DNA of 47,199 nt, the filler included, from Catajapyx aquilonaris (Eukaryota): the NCBI GenBank assembly GCA_000934665.2. It is 2 parts of 2 records of this genome, joined end to end, with 100 filler letters (N's around TTAATTAATTAA, not from the genome) between each part and the next. Parts side by side here need not be neighbours in the genome. Positions count along the whole stretch, not along the records: positions 23,661 to 47,199 come from JYFJ02005664.1; 1 more part is not named here. One strand, given 5' to 3'. Within the stretch, counting starts at the first letter, position 1. Every line of letters begins with the position of its first letter. The translations under genes were made by a program, and so were the position numbers. Below are positions 26,816-36,400 of the stretch, piece after piece. Under the pieces are notes generated by a model. The model was not told the origin of the DNA, did no database searches, and saw only the letters and a list, made by a program, of their open reading frames with translations.

Positions 26816-26954
26816 CGCGGTAAGGGAAAGAAGCGGCTAAGGGGGTGGAGGCAGGAAGATGCAGAGGCCTACCACGCCGCCTCGCGGTAAGGGAAAGAAG
26901 CCGCTAAGGGGGTGGAGGCAGGAAGATGCAGAGGCCTACCACGCCGCCTCGCGG
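26816..26954 (+). repeat. 67-bp tandem duplication (2 copies)
   Basis: CGCGGTAAGGGAAAGAAG..GCTAAGGGGGTGGAGGCAGGAAGATGCAGAGGCCTACCACGCCGCCT at 26816 and 26883. Confidence 0.95.
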
Positions 26955-27848
26955 GTCCCCTCAGTGGCCGCTTCTTCCCCTTCTGCTGGCCCCAGTGGTG
27001 CCGCCCCAACAACAGCCGCCCCAACCAGAGCTGCTCCAACATCATTGATGTAACACAGATTACGTGTGGTTGGCAAAAGACCCATACGACAGTTATGATG
27101 ATACATCACCGGACCAGTTCAGACGGCCCCCACAACAGGATCCCAGCCCCCCTGAGAGGAGCTGGCGCCTGTTCCCGCGAACTTACCTCCCAGCAAGGGG
27201 GAGGACGGGACTGCCGCAGCAGGGTGCTCGTGCCCACCACCCCCTATGACCCTATGACCACCGATGTACGGGATGCCCTGTGAGAATGGTATTCTATACA
27301 CTGGAATGATAATGTTACGGATTGTCAAGAACAAATACTACTGTCCGATTGCTTCATTTGCAACAGACGTCAATAACCTACCAAGTCTTGCTATAAAAAG
27401 TACCATTAAACGCCGCAAATGGGCCTTCCAACGTAAACAAATCTGACTACAGGCTCATACATTTCATATAGCTTATGTAACGCTTAAAGGGTAGTCAGAA
27501 TTTCAGACTTTCACCAAGGCTTAGTTATGCCACACCCTGTAGGCGTTGCATCATGCATCATTTTTAGACAAATGACAGTCATTATAATTATATAGGTATT
27601 ATTTAAAATTTTATAGAATCCATACTGTATTTATAGTTTAATACTGTATTGTGAAATACTTTAGGTTCAATTCCTTAATTTTGGAATCTTAGCTTAGGCA
27701 TTATTATATAACTTTATTGATATAGATGTTATTTTGTCCATTGAATCACATCATATTTGTTTTCTGCATAACATATCTCGTGCCCTATACGTTGCAGGTA
27801 CACACCCACAAGACACAAGAAAATGAACAATTTGGCGTGCCTCACGTG

Positions 27849-28359
27849 TCAGTTGAAAGTGTCACCAATCAAAATGACGCTGTCAACTACCCGGTTGAAT
27901 TCCTCAACTTTCTGAATCCACCAGGTCTACCTCCCCACAAACTGTCTCAGGCTGGGGTCACCAATCATGCTCCTACGAAATCTCGATCCCCCAAAATTGT
28001 GCAATGGCACGCGGCTGCAGGTGACTGGATTGACACGATTTGTCGTACAAGCTGTGGTACTCACAGGTTGTGCCAAAGGGGAGCGCGTGATGATCCCGCG
28101 CATACCTCTCATCCCGAGTGACTACCCCTTCCAATTCAGACGCCTGCAGTTCCCTGTCAAACTCTGCTTTGCCATTGCAATCAACAAGGCGCAAGGGCAA
28201 TCCCTCGGAGTGGCGGGGATTGATTTGAGGGAGCCATGCTTCTCACATGGCCAGTTTTACGTAGCGTGCTCCAGAGTCAGCTCTAGAAACAACCTCTACA
28301 TTCTCACACCTACCACGAGTATGACCCGAAACATTGTGTACAAAGAGGCGCTCATGTAA
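27849..28359 (+). pseudogene. Helitron Rep/Hel PIF1-type helicase C-terminal fragment
   Basis: [16 protein letters not shown] / [17 protein letters not shown]...RRLQFPV..FAIAINKAQGQS...FSHGQFYVACSRV...NIVYKEAL; one frameshift. Confidence 0.93.
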
Positions 28360-28409
28360 TTGAGTCCCTTTTACGTTCACTTCCTGTTTCAATAAGATTA
28401 CGTAGCCTG

Positions 28410-28920
28410 TTGTGTCGTCACATTGCGTACAGCCATTTTTACTCTAGCTTGATCTACATTGTTAAGGCTCTGGAAGTCATAGCATATGATATGCATTTGG
28501 ACTCTGTATCGCCAGATTTTTCTGGAGGGTGGGATGTAGATTCAAAAAGTCAGGCTGCATCTTTAGTGTCAGCCATATGTTCATTGCATTTTTTGGTTAC
28601 ATTTTCGGTCATGTATTACTTTCTAAGTCACCTGGAGGGAAACACAATTCGCCTCCAAGGCACCACTCTTGATGTTGTTGATGCATATTATGCAGAAATT
28701 CATGTCATTAAGGATACGTACAAAGAGCTGAGGGCATCTGTGATGTAGAGTTTCAAAAGGTGTATTCACATGCCATGCGAATAGCGAATCAGCTTGAAGT
28801 GTACACCACGGATAGTGAAGTGTCAGACAAATAGGTCTAGTACGCCAGCAAGTACACCAAAAGAATACTACCTGCGTAACATTGGCACACCATTTTTAAA
28901 CAACATAATTGGTCAGTTGG
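28410..28920 (+). pseudogene. hAT transposase fragment (THAP/ZMYM-like subgroup)
   Basis: IVKALEVIA...AASL...LQGTTLDVVDAY; PRIVKCQTNRS...PKEYY...PFLNNIIGQL. Confidence 0.7.
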
Positions 28921-28924
28921 ACAG

Positions 28925-29065
28925 GCCAACGACTTCCGACCCTGCGAAAGGTGAGAATTCAGGTCTATACTACGTTTCGGTCAACATATTTGTGCGAGAG
29001 TGCGTTTTCCAACACGAACTTCGTAAAAAATAAGTACAGAAGCAATCTGTTGCAAGAACACCTGC
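28925..29065 (+). pseudogene. hAT C-terminal dimerisation fragment (Buster/SPIN-like)
   Basis: STYLCESAFS...KNKYRSNL. Confidence 0.85.
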
Positions 29066-29909
29066 AAATTGCACAACTGGCTTCAGCTTTAATTCTGAGG
29101 ATGACGCCGGCGACACTTCATTCCTTGGTAACATTAGTCGAAGGAAACCCACCTGTATATTTAATTAACACGTAATACAGGGTTATTTTGAATGTAAAGG
29201 CAAAAGCGTCATTAGCAAATGCGTCAGTGAATTCCTTCACGGAATCTTGTTCAATAATGCTACGTGAGACGCGACAGTGGGTTCAGAGGAAATTAGATGG
29301 CAACTCGGGCATTTATTGTGCATATGCCAAATACTGTTGCAGACACTTTTCATTAATATAATACGTGGCTAAGGATAATAACTGCTCCCTCAGGACATGT
29401 TCAAAACATATTCTTGTGCTTCCGGGAGTCTCGCTCATCTTTTGCAGAGTAAGATCAATACTTGCGTCCGGTGGCAGCGGATACCCACCTAATCACACTA
29501 GTGGGTTGGTCAATATCAAAGTGAGGCATAAATATTTTGTGGGCAAGGAATAACTAACTGCTGTGCCTGAAAATCTTTGGTGGAATAGCCCTCGTGAAAA
29601 GTTGAACGCTACAAAAAGATATCAAGCGTATAACATCATATTAATTGCACAACGATGTTCTTTGCCTTTAAACATTGCAGATGGGCAAGCCAGAACATTA
29701 TGTCAGCCAAGGCCCCCGGATATTTTTCCCGGAGGAAGGAGATCAAGAGATATTGTTGCCACCAACCTACAGCCTTGACAGGTGGTTCATTCTCCTTGCC
29801 TATGTTACATTAAAAACCTCACATACACGAGCATGTTTTCTCAGCTATTGGGACTCTTGCAAGCGCTGATGAAGACTTGATAGATGCTGTGTTAAAAATC
29901 AAGAGCCAA
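29035..29909 (+). repeat. Long direct repeat, copy 1 (~875 bp)
   Basis: Aligns end to end with 32231-33116; roughly 20 substitutions and small indels by eye. Confidence 0.95.
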
Positions 29910-30299
29910 CACGAGGTCGACGTGGTTCATATCGTGCGTCGGATTTGTCTTGGAGGGCACCAACCAGGTCATGGCGCCAACAGGAGGGGGCTTGGGAAGA
30001 AAATACGGGTAGGAATGAGCAGGCCCGGATATTAACACCCCCTGGGTCCTCTTGGGAACAGGCAGGTGTTATCAGCTGTTTTAAGTGCGGAGGCTTAAAT
30101 CATTTTGCTAGGTATTGCCGACAGGGTTATCAGAGCTCGGGAAACGGATCAGGGCCCTCCGGGTTCCATGCATAGGTGCCAGGGGGGGCCGTCAGACGAG
30201 TGGTCAATCAGAAGGAGTCCGAGACTATAGAAAATGAGTCCTCTCCCCTGGTTAGACTGCATATAGGAAACAAAGAGGCCACCTTCCTAATTGACAGAG
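29910..30299 (+). mobile_element. Ty3/gypsy LTR retrotransposon fragment: gag C-terminus with zinc knuckle and start of aspartic protease
   Basis: CFKCGGLNHFARYC (CX2CX4HX4C, 30077-30118); slippery heptamer GGGAAAC at 30139-30145; PLVRLHIGNKEATFLIDRG is a protease N-terminus truncated at the D[ST]G active site. Confidence 0.85.
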
Positions 30300-30776
30300 G
30301 AGAGCAGTGGTTCTGATAGTGAGGTCCTTTCATTGCAAGGGCAAAGTTCACCAGCATCTGAGTTTGAAGAGGTGCCCGGTCCTGGAAAGAAAGACCACAG
30401 GAGGGCTAAAAGGCAGAGCGTCCCCTTCAGCGAAAAGGTTGCTAGTGTGCTAGGGGAAGAAGCAGCAGAGCATTTCCGATCTAGACATCTAGCGTGGAAA
30501 GCAGAGTGGGAGCACCTTAGGGCTCGGCAGAGGGATTGGGACAGAGGTGACCAAGAGAGGGCTGAGGCATTCAAGACTCTAAAGCCTATCATAGGGAAGG
30601 GTAGAGCACAGTCAGTCACCTATCACGGCATCACATCCGCTAAAAGATCCCGTTCGACACCTAGACGAGAGACTAAGAAGAGCCAGAGGGCCAAGAGCTC
30701 AAGCGAGGTCACTTACCCGAGAGTCAACAGGGTTGTCAAGTTTGACGAAGGCTTCTACTATGGCGGATCCCATTGA
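30291..30776 (+). CDS. Uninterrupted ~160-codon orphan ORF (5'-truncated, no ATG), overlapping the nucleocapsid start by 17 nt; probably viral
   Basis: Stop-free frame from the protease junction; acidic/Ser-rich start, charged helical middle, R/K/S-rich end; no recognisable family. Confidence 0.5.
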   Translation: MTEESSGSDSEVLSLQGQSSPASEFEEVPGPGKKDHRRAKRQSVPFSEKVASVLGEEAAEHFRSRHLAWKAEWEHLRARQRDWDRGDQERAEAFKTLKPIIGKGRAQSVTYHGITSAKRSRSTPRRETKKSQRAKSSSEVTYPRVNRVVKFDEGFYYGGSH

Positions 30777-31534
30777 GGCCTTCCTTGATACGGCAGATCT
30801 GGAGAGCATGGATTCCTGGGCAGCTATGGCCAAGGAGCTTTCAGACTACTCCTATCAGGGCTTTGACCCCAAGGTGACAGCCAAGCAGTTTCTGGCCACT
30901 GCTGCTGCAGCCAAAAGAGATGCCAAGAGAGATCTCCAGAGCATCCTGGCTATTTACCTCAAGAGAGGGACAAATGTCCAGAAGATGATCACAAAAGGCT
31001 TCAAAAAGGAGCTGGGAAGACAAAATCACTGACCTGCACACTGTTTATGGCATCAAGGGCCACAGGTCGGGGACAGGGCTTGCCCCAGAGGTCTTAACAA
31101 TAGGGAGAATCGCCACAGTTTATGGCATGGGAGTGTGCGCAGCTCTCCAAGTTCAGGCTGCCACCCCAGTTGTTTCCCATGCTGGCCTCCCTAGGTGCAT
31201 GATGACCCCATGTTTTGCCAGCATCATCCCCACTGAAGCTGATGGGGGTGGCATATGGGACAACTTGGCTTATGCCCACATGATGTGGTCAGCTAACTTT
31301 GACAGGGTGATCAATAAGACGAAGCCCAACTGGGTGGAAGACATGGTGGCAGTGGCCAACTTCTGCACTCTTGCCAGAGATGGCAGTATCTACACGAGGG
31401 CAAGGAAGATAGCAGCCCTGGAGAAATGGGGCATCATTGTGGTGGCCAAGGATGGAGGGGCCACAATTGCGGATGCCTATCGCCAGGCCATCCTAGATGC
31501 GGCCAAACTAGCAAAGGCCAAGATGGGCATTTAG
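30760..31534 (+). pseudogene. N: Endogenous viral element: Phenuiviridae-like (phlebovirus/tenuivirus family) nucleocapsid N gene, ~257 aa, single +1 frameshift near 30990-31020
   Basis: Colinear motifs YSYQGFDP, RDLQSILAIYLKRGTN..KM, YGI, LTIGRIA, LPRCMMTPCFASIIP, AHMMWSANFDRVIN and RKIAALEKWGII match the phlebovirus N pattern FAYQGFD / RGN..KM / LTLSRVA / YPR.MMHPSFA / AH.L...FSRVIN. Confidence 0.9.
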
Positions 31535-31595
31535 ACCATCTCAGGAGAGGGAGAAAGGGAGAGAAAAGAGAGAGTCAGATAACGAAAGGAGATAA

Positions 31596-32230
31596 ATGAT
31601 GGACGGTCTGGTGGCAATACTAACACTGGTGGCGATATACACGAGCCCCAGTGCCACTGCGCCCGACGCCGCAGTGATAAGGGAGGGCCTTGCCTTCATA
31701 CCAGGTGGGGACTTCCTCCTCTCCGGCAACCATTGGACCATCGTGACAGATGTCCCCTAACAGCACTATGACGGCTTGATGGGTAGCCTGTAGCGGGACT
31801 ACCAGAAATTTAATGCTTTTCTTTCAGGTGCCAGGAGGGACTTGAGGGGGAACGAGACGGACAACGAGTTTGCTACTTTAATTCAGTACCTTAAGGTCAA
31901 GGAAGGAAGCCACCTGCTTCAGGAAATCAATTGGCTTGTCCATCGCATACAGGAACTGAAGGGGGTTTTCGCGGTTCCTAAGAGGACTAGAGAAAAACGT
32001 GCGTTGATTAATGCGGGTGGCAGTGCACTTAAATGGCTTTTTGGCACTTTGGATAATGACGACATGAACATAATTAATAAGAAATTAGAGTCCATGGGGA
32101 ACCGGAATAACAAGCTATTACATTTGGTCAAAGAACAAGTGAGTGTTTTGGATTCAGTCAATGCACGGGAAGTTAGGACCAAGAAACTCTTGGGAAAATT
32201 AGTTAATGTCACAGGTGATCTGAGTAGGCC
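31596..32230 (+). pseudogene. env: Errantivirus/baculovirus F-type envelope (env) N-terminal fragment
   Basis: One frame with two stops: signal peptide MMDGLVAILTLVAIY, GLAF...WTIV, furin site REKR followed by fusion peptide ALINAGGSALKWLFGTLDNDD and a heptad region; truncated by repeat copy 2. Confidence 0.85.
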
Positions 32231-33116
32231 TACAGAAGCAATCTGTTGCAAGAACACCTCCAAATTGCACAACTGGCTTAAGCTTTAATTCTGAGGATGA
32301 CGACGGCGACACTTCATTCCTTGGTAACATTAGTCGAAGGAAACCCACCTGTATATTTAATTAACACGTAATACAGGGTTATTTTGAATGTAAAGGCAAA
32401 AGCGTCATTAGCAAATGCGTCAGTGAATTCCTTCACGGAATCCTGTTCAATAATGCTACGTGAGACGCGACAGTGGGTTCAGAGGAAATTAGATGGCAAC
32501 TCGGGCATTTATTGTACATAATTATGCCAAATACTGTTGCAGATACTTTTCAATATATGCCAATATAATACGTGGCTAAGGATAATAACTGCTCCCTCAG
32601 GTCATGTTCAAAACATATTCTTGTGCTTCCGGGAGTCTCGCTCATCTTCTGCAGAGTAAGATCAATACTTGCGTCCGGTGGCAGCGGATACCCACCTAAT
32701 CACACTAGTGGGTTGGTCAATATCCAAGTGAGGCATAAATATTTTGTGGGCAAGGAATAACTAATTGCTGTGCTTGAAATTCTTTGGAGGAATAGCCCTC
32801 GTGAAAAGTTGAACGCTACAAAAAAATATCAAGCGTATAACATCATATTAATTGCACAACAATGTTCTTTGCCTTTAAACATAGTAGATGGGCAAGCCAG
32901 AACATTATGTCAGCCAAGGCCCCCGGATATTTTTCCCGGAGGAAGGAGATCAAGAGATATTGTTGCCACCAACCTACAGCCTTGACAGGTGGTTCATTCT
33001 CCTTGCCTATGTTACATTAAAAACCTCACATACACGAGCATGTTTTCTCAGCTATTGGGACTCTTGCAAGTGCAGATGAAGACTTGATAGATGCTGTGTT
33101 AAAAATCAAGAGCCAA
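32231..33116 (+). repeat. Long direct repeat, copy 2 (~886 bp)
   Basis: Aligns with 29035-29909. Confidence 0.95.
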
Positions 33117-33469
33117 TTAACGTCTGCAACAAAGCTTTCTTTCAGTCCAAGTGGCACCAGAAGTGATGATGACAGACGGATTGGCCTTCATACCTTCTGG
33201 ATGCCGGTGCGGTGGTTCCTTGTGACCTTCATCTCTCATGGAGAACTTAAGGACATTGCACTATCGGACCCAAGGAGTTTCAAGAACCTGCAATGCGCCG
33301 AAGCGTCTCGTGACGATCATATTCTTCGAAAATTGGCTGAACTTACCAATCACGCTGAACTGTGCAGAGAATTAATAAAATTTGCAAATCATTACGAAGA
33401 CGACAATGCAATGGTCCGCTGTGGTATTCAAAGGGCGTTTGAGAGGCAGTGCATGAGAGATCTTCATGG

Positions 33470-33750
33470 CCTTGCATGTTGCATTGTTAATTTTGGCCAG
33501 TCCCACGCTGTGCCAGTCCTTCAACAAATTCGCAGAAAAAGTGTGTGTATATTTTGTCAGAACTTATATCCTTACATATGGAGCTGAAGAGGTCTCATAC
33601 AACATCCAGGGCTTGATACGTTTAGCCTCTCATGCTGGTCTGCATGGATCTTTAGATAGATTTAGTGCATTTCGATTCGAAAACCACCTGCAAGTGCTGA
33701 AGCAGATGCTTAGAGGGATCACATAACCATTACAACAGATTAATAGACAT
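33470..33750 (+). pseudogene. CACTA/CMC-type transposase fragment
   Basis: FVRTY..TYG...VSYNI..L..L...HGSLDRFSAFRFENHL..LK motif. Confidence 0.75.
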
Positions 33751-34009
33751 GTAGTACAGAGGTCGTCATCCTATCACCTGTGGAATGAGAACCATCAGCT
33801 GCCAACAGGTGGGGGGGGGGGGGNGGGGGAACTATACTGATGACCAAAAACCAGTGCTTGCACCAGTGATGGTGAGAGCACCACCAGCAACAGCGAATCG
33901 GCTGAAGAGGACGACTTACTCAGCCGATTCACCAAGTCGAAGATCTCAAACAGGCACAGGTTGGTGAAGGCAGAGGCACAGAACCTTGTGAAGATGTGGG
34001 TCGAGGGGT

Positions 34010-34572
34010 GTTAACAGATGACGCATTCTTGGGGCAGAAAGTTTTAATTGACCTTTTTATCCAGTGTAACACCACAATCCCATCGAGTGCTGCTGTCGAG
34101 AGATTGTTCTCGATGGGAAAAGACATCCTCAAGCCCAAAAGAGCCACGCTCTCGGACACAACTTTTGAAAGATTGGTTTTTATGAGGGGAAACCATCATC
34201 ATTGGTTAATAAATGAATGATGGAGTCATGTATGCTAATGCTAACCAATAAACTTTTTTGGTGTTTGAATCATTTTGTTTAATACTTTTTGTATGGAACA
34301 GGTAATAGCGTAACTGAATTAGGCGTATGTTGTAGCAGTGCTCTCTAGTTAACTTTAGCCCTCTTTAGCACTCTAGGTCTGTTTTTATTTTTTAAAGGGT
34401 CCTAGATAAAAAAGGTTAAATTCATAAAATAAAAGCTAACTTTAGTTGTTAACGTTAACTTCCATTAATTTTTCTAGCCCTTTAACGTTTATCATTTAAT
34501 GAAGTTAAATTTTTTAGTTACTTGATTGACGGTTAATGTAGTTAAATTTTCGGTTAACTGTGCCCACCACTG
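34010..34572 (+). mobile_element. 3' end of a hAT transposon (dimerisation domain, 3' region, TIR)
   Basis: NTTIPSSAAVERLFS...PKRATLSD.TFE; AATAAA; GTTAAC-rich subterminal repeats; ends TGCCCACCACTG. Confidence 0.85.
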
Positions 34573-36400
34573 GTTATATGGATATTTACCATGCTGATAT
34601 AAAATGTATAATCCCTGCACCATAAATACACACTGGATTTTTCAGATTCTTACAGGGTAAACTGGTGCTTCCCACATGGCAAGTATAGCAATGCTATGTC
34701 GAAATTTGCAAGTGTTGCACTTACTGCAGTTATTATTATTGCAACTATAAAATACTTTGGTGGTGTGGCTATTGCCTCTTTCAGATGGAAATGAACCCAA
34801 GCCATTTAAATGGCCCAGGACCACGGAACATTCTGAGCTGCAGACATGAATTGATACAGATGCAGAGGAAACATGACCCTTTCCCATGTGTGACTCATTC
34901 TTGGAGCAATTTGTTCCATCACTCAGGCAGGAACAAGGACTTCTAGTCATCTCAAATGATGGTGGCAACCAGGCCCATGGGTCTTCTTCCCAACTGATAC
35001 CCTCACGTCGTCCCCGCCAGTACCCCGCAAGGGATCTCTTGATGGTTAGGGGATTGAAGCCCTTCCCTTCCCTCCTTATTCCCACAGGACTCGTATGCCA
35101 TCCATCAGGTTCTTCCATATGAGTCAAGTGCAGGAACTTTCGCTTCGTCCATGAAGTCACATATGATTCACTAGGCAAGGTTGGTTATGTAACTTCATCA
35201 TTCCTCTTTACCCTTAACTGATGCTCATGTTGGCCCTGAAAAGGGCCGTTTGTAATGCTGCTCCTGAAAAGGACGGGTTGGCTGAAGTGCTGCTGCTGCG
35301 GATTTCGGAGGTCGGTCGTTCCTGGTTGAAGGCTGGAGATGAAGTGAAGTTGCCCGCGCCTTGGTGCTGTTTTTTATAGGCAAGGCGCAGACGTTGTGGA
35401 GGTCAAGCCAGAGCTGGTTGGTTCTGGCCTTGAAGGCTTTTGGTGGGAAATGAGCTGGGGACAGGAATGGTTTGGAGGGCAATGCGAGTGAGAGGAAGTT
35501 TGACGGTGAGACGAAGCCGGCAGGGCCGGGCATGCCTGCCGGCTCACCATACCTCATCATCCTTCATGGCTCTTCCCAAAAGACTGGGGTTGCCAGCAGA
35601 TAGCAAGGATGAGGTCCTCGCTACCCCCACCACAACCATCAGAAATTTTTTTGGGAGACTGGTCAGGTACTCGCAGAAATTGGGAGGGCGAGAAATACAA
35701 CAGAGTGCCGAATGGTCAGGTTATGCTGGGTTGCTGTTTGCGGTGTCCCTGGAGACATCCAACAGCAAAGAACAAGGTGAGGCAGGGGTGCCTCTCACTG
35801 CTGAGTTGTTGGAACCACCAGACCGCAACACCATCACCGTGCAGGGGACGAAGGAGGGCAGGAAAACCTCCCGGCTTCCGTTTGAAGTGCCTTCTACTTG
35901 CTGCATCATTGCCAACAGGTAAAGCATATGATATAAAATCCAGATGTGATGCTGTGTGGATGTGCCCTTTCCAATCTGCAAGAAGAGGAAAGTAGGTTTT
36001 AATTTTCAATTTATATCACACAGTCCGGACATTTCAAAAATGGCAATCACAACACTTAGCATGCAAATGTCATAAAATATACTAACAGTACTCCCTTTTC
36101 CCTGAAAAAAATTATGTCCAAGTCATGTTACTTTCGTGGCAAAATTAATGTAAAAAATCTGTTACTGGCTAATATTGGACACTTTTTGGAGAGTACGAAA
36201 ATTTTTCTAATTTCCCAGCCGAAGGGTCGAGAGTAGGCCACGTGTACAGAAAGGCTCAATTTCCTGATCTCCGTCCACCAGACGTACCGAAAGAAGTGTT
36301 CGACTCGATTGTGACGATTGAATCCTTGAATCTAAGAGTAGGCAATTGTCCATAACGGAAATTTTTTTCACAACAAAACAATGAGGTACATTGTAAGTGT

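Noticed and set aside
27849..28359. Host PIF1 helicase gene or autonomous Helitron
   Set aside because: Only the C-terminal ~170 codons are present, with a frameshift; no Rep domain and no clear hairpin-CTRR end seen
31596..32230. Glycoprotein of the same phenuivirus
   Set aside because: The furin site plus G..LKWLFGT.D.DD fusion peptide is the errantivirus/baculovirus F type (class I), not the Cys-rich class II Gn/Gc of phenuiviruses
29035..33116. Complete LTR retrotransposon with paired LTRs
   Set aside because: The repeats lack TG..CA termini, PBS, PPT and an outer TSD; they begin inside a hAT fragment and truncate env
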